Shown: positions 1 to 13,926 of the stretch, piece after piece
Layout: each line of letters opens with the position of its first letter
Position numbering within the stretch: position 1 is the stretch's first letter
Translations under genes and position numbers: made by a program
The notes under the pieces: model-generated
Seen by the model: the letters and a program-made list of their open reading frames with translations, nothing else
Database searches by the model: none
What the model was told of the DNA's origin: nothing
Assembly (NCBI RefSeq): GCF_009914755.1
Contig: NC_060935.1
Length of the DNA: 64,000 nt
Direction: 5' to 3' (one strand)
DNA from: the human T2T-CHM13v2.0 reference genome, Homo sapiens

Positions 1-9
1 AAGGTCAGT
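1..9 (+). other. STIM1: Probable 3' end (AAG) and 5' splice donor (GTCAGT) of the STIM1 alternative neuronal exon B
   Basis: The window opens AAG|GTCAGT, a good donor. A phase-0 join to the acceptor at 2547 gives [15 protein letters not shown], the C-terminus I recall for STIM1B. The exon body lies outside the window, so this is not confirmable here. Confidence 0.5.
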
Positions 10-214
10 AGCTTGGGATGGGAGTCCGAGGCAGCCCAGCCTTTGGGGAGGGACCTCTGGCCTGATTGTTCTCAGTGATTCAGGGAGGGAAGGTGAGCCT
101 GCCTCACTGGGCCTTTTCCCTCCTATATCTCCCTAGGCTTCCTCCCAGGTTCTTATCTTGCTTTGGCAGTCCCAACTTTTAGTTGATGAGAGAGGCATAG
201 AAGGACAGGAATCA

Positions 215-504
215 GGCTGGGTGCAGTGGCTCACACCTGTAATCCTAGCACTTTGGGAGGCCGAGAGCGGAGGACTGCTTAAGCCCAGGAGTTTGAGACC
301 AGCCTGGGAAACAAAGTGAGACCCTGTCTCTACAAAAAAAAAATCAAAAATTTAGTTGGGCATGGTGGCACATGCCTGTGGTCCCAGCTACATAGGAGGA
401 TCACTTGAGCCTGGGAGGTCAGGGCTGCAGTGAGCCGAGATCGCGCCATTGCACTCCAGCCTGGGCAACAGAGCAAGACCCTGTCAATAAATAAATAAAT
501 AAAA
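215..504 (+). mobile_element. Alu (J-like)
   Basis: GGCTGGGTGCAGTGGCTC start, two arms, (TAAA)n tail, flanking repeat gga(c/t)aggaatca. Confidence 0.9.
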
Positions 505-2142
505 AGATGGATAGGAATCAAGATGAAATAGGGGTCTGGTCCAGGAGAAGTGAGGCTGGGAGGGCCCTAACCTCCTGATTTCTCCTCCTTGGTGTTAGAG
601 AGGGTAGGATCCCAGAATCTTCACTTCCTCAGCTTAGAGGACCCTTTTTCTCAGTGTGATTGCTTCCCAGAACTTCCTTGGCACCTTGCTCATTGGTTTA
701 TAATAGTGTTTGGAGAAGGCAAGATATGGAGAGGATCATCTTGGGGCTTAGAGAAACAAGGACAAGTTTAGAAGCAAGGACAGTGTCAGATATATGAAAC
801 CAAATATGAGACTGAATATTTGTAAATACTAGAATATGTGGCTAAAACAGTATTTGTAGAATGGAAGCTGAGTTGGAATTGTTCTCTGCTGCCTGCTGAG
901 TCCAGGAAGGTACTGGCCCATGGGGTGGCTACTTAGTTATTTGCTTCCAACTGAGAATTAAATCTACAATAGCTATGAGCCAACCCCCTGCTTTTGCCTG
1001 TTTCAGGGGCCTGGTACCCTTCCTAACTTCTGACCCTCAGCCTCTTTCTTTCTAGGTCCTATGGTGGTCTCCTTTTCCATTCATGACTCTTCCCCTTTGG
1101 CTAGCAGACGTTTAAACATTTCCCTTAGGTCTCTCCTCTGCTTTTGCTGAGGTTCTCAGGCCTCTAGGAAGGCAGAAGGAGGATTCAGGATTGGCAGAGA
1201 GAGCACCTCCATATCTACCTTTTTGTCTGTAGAGCAGGAGGAGTGGCATCTGGAATTGATTCATGGTCTTAGCAACCACCAGCTCCTTAAAGGGTCTCAA
1301 GTTCCTAGACTAGCCTGTGTGTGTGCATGTCCAGTGTGCGGTGGCATGTCTCCATAACTCAGCCTTGCAAAGAAGCCTCTTGCGACCGGCCCGTACATAG
1401 GCCTTTCAGCTTGGCAGGCCTCATCATCTTCATTCCCACAATAATTTCTACATTTCCAAGTGCTTTGCCAGCATATTTGATCCTCCAAACAGTCTTGTAA
1501 GATAAATTGAATTGGTATTATCTTCATTAGGCCAAAGTTAAGGACTAGCAAGTTTAGATGACTTGACTTGTCCAAGATCACACAGGAGTCCAGACCTCTT
1601 CTGAACCACTGCTCTTTAAAGGCCAACATCCTGTCTTTCTATGCCTCCCTACATTCTCCGTCAGCAGAGTTCTGAAAGAGACCCCACCCTTCCTGCCGCA
1701 CCACAGACTTTGGTTTGAACTCTGCAATACCTATCTATGACCTCCTTTGAATCCTATGAGATGGTTAGAAGAGGCAGCATCCTGGCCTTTTGGGGTGGGT
1801 GAAGGATTATTTGCAAGGCTGTTCTAACCTTCTCATCTCCAGCCTGGGTCAGGTCCACTGACTGCATGTGCCCTGTTCCTTGGGGCCTGGCCCAGACTGG
1901 ATAATATCCTAAGGTGTGACAGGAGTAAGTGGGGGAGGAAGGCATGGAAAATGGTGACTCGGAGCAGGCTGTAGGTTCTGTGTTAGCTTGAGTCCCAGGA
2001 AATACAGCCAGCTATGAGAAGGCAGAGATTTTATTGAGGATGCCGCCTGTGGAATTTAAGCCTATGGCTGCACCAGTTCAGAGCCAGAGCATTCACCACT
2101 GGTGGGGCCCAGGTATTGGAAAACCATTTGCCAGACAGATGA

Positions 2143-3063
<921 letters not shown>

Positions 3064-4475
3064 GCAGGATGGGGTGGCAGTAAAGGGACAGCTTGTCCTT
3101 CCCTGGGTGTTCTGTCTCTCCTTCCCTCCCTTCCTTCAAGATAACTGGCCCCAAGAGTGGGGCATGGGAAGGGCTGGTCCAGGGGTCTGGGCACTGTACA
3201 TACCTGCCCCCTCATCCTTGGGTCCTTCATTATTATTTATTAACTGACCACCATGGCCTGCCTGCCCTGCCTCCGTCCCAACCATGGGCTGCTGCTGTCA
3301 CTCCCTCTCCACTTCAGTGCATGTCTTAGTTGCTGTTCCCTCAGCTCCCAGCTCCACCTCTGGGGTTCAGCTTCTGTCTCTGCTGTCCCAGTTTTGAGGT
3401 TTGGTTTCTTGTTTCTGTCTCTTGCTTTCAGGCTCCTCCCTCCCACCACTCCCCAACTTCCCCTAGCAGTTGCAGGGAAGATAGGACGAGTAGCTTCTGA
3501 CATGTGTGCCTCAGATCTGTTCCACCCCACTCACAGTGGTTCTGTTTGCTCCAGACTGGGGCTAGGGCCTAATCTTTGAAGTTTGTTCTTTGGTATTGAT
3601 GTGGGTCAGAAGGAGCCTCATCCTAATCTCACTCAGGCCTCCAGGGATCCATGGGGGAGTGAAACCAATTCTCAGAGAACAACCCACCAGAGACTTTTAA
3701 AGAGAGGCCAGGCTTGGGAATGGGTTGGGAGAGGCATCTGTTCATTGGAGCATGAGTGGATGCCAGAACTGTAGGTTATAAGGCAGTCACTTTTTCTCTC
3801 TACTCCCACCCACACCTGCCTCCCTCTTACCCCTGCTCCCCCACACTGCAGGAGGATTTGTCTCTAAGAGGTGCTGCCCCAAAGCTCCCCAAGCATCAAT
3901 ACTCCTAGGGCTCAGGACAAGTGGCTCCCCTGGCCAGGAGAGCCACAGCCATGATACAGGGCTCTTATGGAGCCCTGGAGTTGTTGGGCAAGGATGCTGT
4001 CATTTTTTGAACCAAAAGACAAACAGGTTAAAAGGAAAAAAAGTAATCTGAATTTCCCAAGTGCCTACGCTGCATATTCCCCTTGTTAGATCCCATTTTC
4101 ATGTTACTTTGTAGCCTTGGCCAGAGGCTCAAAAAGGACACAACCAGTTTGGGGAAGGGGTGGCTAAGGAAGATGGTATAGGTGAAGGCGGCTGTGTGAC
4201 CACTTTCCCCCACCCTTCCCACCCTCTAGACAACTCTCTCCCTTACCTGTTTTTGCTATGGCTGTAAAGGTATTTTTCCTCTGCCCCACTCCCTGCCATA
4301 CCTTTATCCTGGGATCCTATTTTGGGCCTGGGGTGGGTATACCTGGGGCTGGTCTTAGGAGGGTGCTAGGCTGCAGACTGCCTTGTACTCCCTGGACACC
4401 CTCAAATGGGGTTTTCTGTGTTATTTCATAAAATTCTTTGAAGTCCAATAAAGCATGTAGGAGATTTTAACCACT
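3064..4475 (+). other. STIM1: STIM1 3'UTR
   Basis: Unique sequence from the stop codon to AATAAA 4447-4452, followed by GU-rich downstream sequence; cleavage site approximate. Confidence 0.85.
4447..4452 (+). terminator. STIM1: STIM1 polyadenylation signal AATAAA
   Basis: Canonical hexamer with U/GU-rich elements ~40-60 nt downstream (ttgtgttctctgtgctgtgg). Confidence 0.85.
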
Positions 4476-4591
4476 GCTGGCTTTGACTCTCATTGTGTTC
4501 TCTGTGCTGTGGCATGATGGGATAAAGAGACAATCTTTCCTTTGCCCAGGGAAAATGAAACTTGAATGCACATACCCAGAAGCTCTGTGGG

Positions 4592-4717
4592 CAGGGTTAC
4601 CAGATAAATGCAGGATGACCAGTTAAATGTGAATTTCAGATAAACAGTTTTTAAAGTATAATTTTCTCTCATGCAGTATCTGGGACACATTTTTATTTGC
4701 TAAATTGGGAAACCCTA
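4592..4717. mobile_element. MER53-like DNA transposon (MITE) remnant
   Basis: Starts CAGGGTTACCAGATAAA...CAGTTAAATGTGAATTTCAGATAAAC and ends GCTAAATTGGGAAACCCTA, resembling MER53 termini from memory. Confidence 0.6.
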
Positions 4718-4794
4718 TGTCTGGGTAAACTTGACCCTATCTATCCTATAACTTCACTTACGACTTTTAAAAAACATATCTATTTAATTTTTCT

Positions 4795-5210
<416 letters not shown>

Positions 5211-5559
5211 CACTTACGACTTTCCATGATTTTTGAAATTACTTCACAGGGAGCCTGGGCAGCTTCTGGAGGGCAGTGAGAAACCAACGAAAAGGCTTCA
5301 GGGAAAAGATGCCACAGATGAAATTTCATAAAGATCGCTTTGGGTAGCCCAAATCAGAAGCTTCTACACCAGCCTTACATATTACGGTTCTCATCTATTC
5401 TTATTCTCCACTCTAAGTCACCAAGTCCATCCTACCTCCACAAGGCAAATACCCTGTCTCTGCCACCATCCACTGAAGAACCCTAAAAGCAAATGGGTAC
5501 TGACCCTGCCCTGCTTAAAATCCTCTCAGGGCTCTGATTTGCGTCAGGATAAAATCCAA

Positions 5560-6600
5560 ACGCCATCGGCCTTGCGCGGTTTTCTTCCAGTTCCAGAGTG
5601 TCAGTCCTCTGGCCGATCTAAAAGCCCTGGGGCTCCAAGCTGCCCACGGCTGTGGAGCCTGGGCTGGAGCCCACAGCGGACGGCAGTGTTAGGATTATTA
5701 TAATAAATGTCAGAGCAAGAAAAACGTTCCCGCCGGTTAGGTTTTGTTATTTCAAAAATAAATTAACCGCCTTTCCTCCGGCGGAGACGCGCAGGTGAGA
5801 GGGCGGCGCCTGACCCAGCGGGCTCTAGGTGCTACGCCAGGGCCCCGAGGGTCCCGAACTCGGCTTGCCCACACAAAACATGGTAGCAGGAGAGCAGCAT
5901 TTCCGCCGGGCATGTCCATATCCAATGGGGCCCATGGGAGAGGCGTAGTCTTCTGGGTCTTGCCCAGACTCAACATGGCGGCTACACGTCGCCTGTCAGT
6001 CTGTGAAGACTACCCCGGGCGTGGGCCGCAGCGTCGAGTAACGTCATTCGAACCCCGTCGCGCCCCTTTGTGCGTCACGGGTGGCGGGCGCGGGAAGGGG
6101 ATTTGGATTGTTGCGCCTCTGCTCTGAAGAAAGTGCTGTCTGGCTCCAACTCCAGTTCTTTCCCCTGAGCAGCGCCTGGAACCTAACCCTTCCCACTCTG
6201 TCACCTTCTCGATCCCGCCGGCGCTTTAGAGCCGCAGTCCAGTCTTGGATCCTTCAGAGCCTCAGCCACTAGCTGCGATGCATGTGATCAAGCGAGGTGA
6301 GGGGGGGACGAGGTGGGCGAGAAGGAAGGTGAGGGGATGCGGGCTGCCGCCGCCGGAGCTGATGCCCAGCCCGCCCGCCCGCCTTCGCTGCTTCCCGCCT
6401 TTCCCGCATTTCCCGCCGCGGCCTTCCGCCCTGTCAGCCCGCTCGGCCTTCTGTCTTCAGTCAGCCTGCCCCGAACCTCCTTCGGGCCTTCAGGCTGCGC
6501 CCCCTCGGCTTTGTCATCCTGCCGCCTTTCAAAAGGATAACACTTACCCCGTATCGAGTAGTGACTGCGTACGCCGAGCACTTGCCAGGCACTATTTTAT
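5560..6600 (+). promoter_or_regulatory. RRM1: RRM1 CpG-island, TATA-less promoter. CCAAT 5922-5926; YY1 AACATGGCGGC 5972-5982; CRE-like TAACGTCA 6039-6046; Inr-like TCATT near 6046; E2F TTCCCGC sites at 5727, 6090 (reverse), 6392, 6401 and 6410
   Basis: High CpG/GC content spanning exon 1; motifs read directly from the sequence. RRM1 is an established E2F/S-phase gene. Binding itself is inferred. Confidence 0.85.
6278..6296 (+). CDS. RRM1: RRM1 exon 1 coding part (MHVIKR-D, start of the ATP-cone)
   Basis: gcgATGCATGTGATCAAGCGAG|gtgagg; 19 nt. Confidence 0.97.
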
Positions 6601-7249
6601 TCCTCCCTGCAAGCCTCTGAGAGATGATTAGCTTATTACAGATGAGGAAACTGACCCAAAGTCACCCATAGGTGACAATACAGTTTGATTTGAAAACCGT
6701 GGGGTTGGTGAGCTGTCTTAGGCACAGGGTCGGGGGGCAGCTAGGAAAGAAGGAGGGGGCCTCTCTACCCTCCGTAGGCACTTGTCAGTTTACTGATCTC
6801 TTTTGTGGGGTGAGGATAGGAGTGTGGCGTGGAAAAAACAGATCCCAGACAGACAGCACCCTCGAGTTCCTTTCCCTTCATGGGAAGAGATGCTGAATCA
6901 GAGAAGGGTGGCTGAGACATCTTCTGACAAGATGGGGACTGGGAAGAGTCAGGAACTCGTATTCTTTCTCAACAGTTCTTTTTCATTAGACTTGCCAAGT
7001 GCCCGCTTTGTGCCCAGCCCTTTGCTTGGCTTTGTGAGATTGTAGGAGGAGACAGTCCCTGCCTTGGGAACAGGCTTCATCGGGTTGGAAAAACAAGAGC
7101 AACATACTTTTAACAACCGCATGAGATACGTATGAACAAGTTTTGAGTTGAACCTACTTGCCTTTGTTAAAGCAATACAATGATTTCAAAATTGTAGGCA
7201 CTTAGTAAATACTGGTTAATCGACTGGTTGTTTCTATTTTGTCCTCTAG

Positions 7250-9069
<1,820 letters not shown>

Positions 9070-9499
9070 TAAACACTGTGAGGGCAGTAATGGAGAAGGC
9101 AGCTCTATCTTCAAAGAACTTAAAATTGTTAGGGATTTAGGAACAATCCATATGAAAATTATTAGATAGAAGAGAATAGTAGATGAGTTTTTTTCATCTG
9201 CTATCTTGAGCTATTTTTCCTAATGGGAGAGTATCATTCCTCAAGGAGATTATGGTTAAAAAAATAAACATTGAGAACCATTGCAGTAAATGACAAAGTA
9301 GCTAACTGAGTTGTAAACTGTTTTGGAATTTAGTGTAGTATTTTCAAAACTTTGGATTGTAACTCACAGTAAAAAACAAAACATTTTACAGACATGTGTA
9401 TATATGTGGATACACATAAAATGATACAAAAGTTTACGAAATAATGTCTTTGAAAGCATCCATTTGCACTCTAATCTTTCTTTTATTCCAGATTCTTTC

Positions 9500-9680
9500 C
9501 CTATCCCTGCCTCCCTCCCTCCCTTCCTTCCTCCCTTTCTTCCTCCCTCCCTTCCTTCCCTCCCTCCTTGCTTCCTTCCTTCCTTTCTCCCTCCCTTCTT
9601 TCCTGCCCTCCTCCCTCCCTCCCCTCCCTCTCCCCCTCCCTCCGTCCCTTCCTCCTTCCTTCCTTCCTTCCTTCCTATTC
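9500..9680. repeat. (CCTT/CCCT)n pyrimidine-rich low-complexity repeat
   Basis: Nearly pure C/T for ~175 nt. Confidence 0.95.
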
Positions 9681-10358
9681 CATTCACAGCCTGCTATATT
9701 ATTTTACAACTCTGTGGATACCGTGCTGTTCACCGGGATTGCAGTGATGAGTAGGCAGACATGGTTCCAGCTTCCAAAGATCCTACAATCAATTGAGAAA
9801 GATAGACAAATAAAGAAGTAATATGATAAAATATGATAAATACTCTGATAGGTAAAGTATAGGCAGTAGAGGCCATTCATTCAGTTATTCATAAAGCATT
9901 TATTCAGCACCTCTTTGTGCTAGGAACCGTTGTAGGCATTAGAGATTCTGCAGTGAACAAAGCTAAATTACATTTCTCATTGAGTTGACATCTTGGTGTG
10001 GGTGGGAGTGGTAAGTGTATATAAGAAATAAGAAGTAAACATAATAATCAGTTAATTTCAGATACTGATTAATGAGATGATAGTAAAACAGGATCATGTG
10101 ATAAAGATGAATGAGAAAATAACCTTGGATTGGGTAGCCAGGAAAGGCTTCTCTGAGAAGCCAACATTTGAGCTGAACCCTAAATAGTATTAAGAGCTAG
10201 TAATGTGAGATCTGTGGCCTGAACATTCTCGGCAGAGGGAATTAGAAAGTTTGTATCCTGTGGAAAAGGCACGCATCCTTGGTCTTACAGGATTAGGGAA
10301 GTCTTCCTGAAGAGAGAAGAATGAAAGACAGTTTATAGCCAAGAGGAAATCACACTAG

Positions 10359-10690
<332 letters not shown>

Positions 10691-11580
10691 CTAGAGGATT
10701 TTAAAAGAGGAAAAGGTCAGTGTGAGTTAAAAGTGGTTGAGGCAGGTTTTATGGAGGTGTGAGATTTGGAGGGTGAGTAGGAGTTAGATGTATGGAAAGG
10801 TGGAAGAGGAACCTTTAGGCAGAGTAAGGTATAAGCAATGATGTGGATATGGGAATGGGAAGCCCTCTTGGGACTTATATTTCACAGGGAACAGTTGAAG
10901 AGATCTGGGGCCAAACTAAGAAAGGCTTTGCTTGAGAGAAGAGGATAATGTAGGCAGTGAGAAGCAGGGATTAGTGATGTGATAAAATCAACATCTGGCT
11001 TGAAAAACTAACCAAGTGGAATGACAGAATAGAGAACTGTGTGTCATTGGACCTTTAGATCTTTAGTCTGCCTCCTATTTTCAAGTGTGAGTTAAGATAA
11101 TTACCAATGCACTTTTTTTTTTTTGTCAGTTTCCTGATTGACTTCAGAACTTCTGGCAGTTGTAGAATTTTCTTTTTGCTAAGTTGCTTTCCCCCCCCAC
11201 TGCATGTATAATTGCAGAACGCTAATGTTGCTTTGCAGTTACCTGCCTGCTTAGTTATCCAATTGCTAGAGCACTGAGGTTTCAGTCCCAGTGCCAGCCA
11301 GTTAATTTACCCCATTTCAGAGTTAAATGCTGCAGATGTGAGCCTGATGAGAAAATTATCACAATGGTGATCAGAAAGAGAGGGGCTAACATATCAGTGT
11401 AGAAGAAAAAGCAACTTGTTCTAGTGATAATGGGTTAATAGTGATGTCTTATTGTTCATTTATTCTTCATCAAATGTTTGAGAACTTGCCTTGTTCTAGG
11501 CACTAAATTTGAGAATACAGATGTGAATCAGAGGGCCAAATAAATGTAAACATATTTAGCATGTTTCTTATTGGTTACTT

Positions 11581-11817
11581 CAGGTTGAGTATCCCTTATT
11601 CAAAATGCTTGGGCCCAGAAGTGTTTCGGATTTTGGATTTGTTTCAGATTTTGGAATATTCGCATTATACTTACTGGTTGGGCATCCCTAATCAGAAAAT
11701 CCAAAATCTGAAATGGTCCAAGGAACATTTTCTTTGAACATTGTGTTGGCATTGAAAAAGTTTTGGATTTTGGAGTGTTTTGGATTTTGGAATTTTGGAT
11801 TAAGGATACTCAGCCTA
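11581..11817. mobile_element. Tigger4a/Zombi-like Tc1-mariner MITE
   Basis: Terminal inverted repeats CAGGTTGAGTATCCCTT ... AAGGATACTCAGCCT; internal GGATTTTGGA repeats; ~237 bp. Confidence 0.75.
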
Positions 11818-12432
11818 TAGTTACAATGGATTGTAGGTGCACAAAAGAGACAAAAACTAAATCAGTGTGAGACACTAACATTTATTGAGTGCCTATTGTG
11901 TATCACATACTGTGATTTTTTTTCCCCCATAGGAGCAGCTTTATTTTATAACGAGGTATAGTTGTAACTATGCCAAAGTTGTTACAACAAAAGCACTTTT
12001 TACCTTATCTAATTTTATTGTCACAGTAAACTGATTAGGCAAGTAAAATAGATATAATAATTAACCCCTTTCTACAAATGAAGATCTGTGAAATGACTGA
12101 TTGTGTTTTGTGGCTTGTCTAAGGTTAAGGCTGTTTGGTGGTTGGATATATTCACTATTCCTGGTAAGAATAAATAAAGGTCGGATGAGCTACTATTTGA
12201 GGTTAAACTAAGAGTAGTAAGACTTTTTTGTCTAGAAGGACAAAGATATAATCTAAGTCCAAAATCATGAAAAATATTAGGTAAAATATATAGTATGTCA
12301 GATGGGGTAAGTGCAATGGAGAAAAAGCACAGAAGGGGAAGGGGGATAAGAAGAGCAAGGGTCCTATTTGGGGCATTGCAATTTAAAATGGAATCATCAG
12401 GGAAAGCCACATTGAGAAGGTGATGACATTGA

Positions 12433-12763
<331 letters not shown>

Positions 12764-13244
12764 TGATCAGGCTGATCTCGAACTCCTGACCTCCAGTGAT
12801 CCACCCCCCCCCCCCCCCCCGCTCCCTTGGCCTCCCAAAGTGCTGGGATTACAGGTGTGAGCCACTAGGCCTGGCCTGTGGATTGTTATAACAATTTTGA
12901 CTTTTATTCTGGAGATCATAAGCCACTATTAGGAGTTTTGAAGGAGGTAATGATATGATTCTGAGTTTAACTTTTAAAGGGTAATTTTGGCTGCCATGTG
13001 GGATGGGGGAAAAATTTAGGAAATTATCCGTAAACGTCTGTCTGTATAGAATTCATACTCTTTGAAGGTGACATCAGAGAAGACAATCTCTTCATGAATC
13101 TTTTGAGGGGGCCTCAATCTTTTCTGTGAAATAGCACTTCATGTTGGTCAATTTACATGTTAATTACATTTGATTCTTTGACATTGTAGTCTTAATAATT
13201 GCTAACATGAATTTAATAATTGCTAACATGATTTGATTCTTTAG

Positions 13245-13333
13245 ATGGCCGCCAAGAACGAGTCATGTTTGACAAAATTACATCTCGAATCCAGAAGCTT
13301 TGTTATGGACTCAATATGGATTTTGTTGATCCT
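13245..13333 (+). CDS. RRM1: RRM1 exon 2 ([30 protein letters not shown])
   Basis: ttag|AT ... CCT|gtaagt; 89 nt, cumulative 108. Confidence 0.97.
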
Positions 13334-13614
13334 GTAAGTAAATATGGTTTTTATCTTGGGTTCCTTGTTTCATGTGTTTCTTTCCATTTGTCTCTTATCC
13401 CTGGACCTTCATTCACCTGATATACTTTGGTATTCTGGCTATGCCCTTCGATATAAAATTTGAATTCATTGCTTAAAACATTTTTTTTTCCTTAATTTTG
13501 GTTCTGTCCTGTGAGTTCTCACTTTTCAGAGAACTATGAATGTGAGTAAAGAGGAAAATTTGATATTAACATTTAATATCAGATATTTCCTTGAGTAAAT
13601 TGTTTTATTCATTA

Positions 13615-13926
<312 letters not shown>

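Noticed and set aside
5752-6631. ORFs across the CpG island on both strands
   Set aside because: GC-rich stop-codon depletion; only 6278-6296 matches RRM1.
9364-9821. Pro/Ser/Leu- and Gly/Glu/Arg-rich ORFs on both strands
   Set aside because: Translation of the CCTT repeat.
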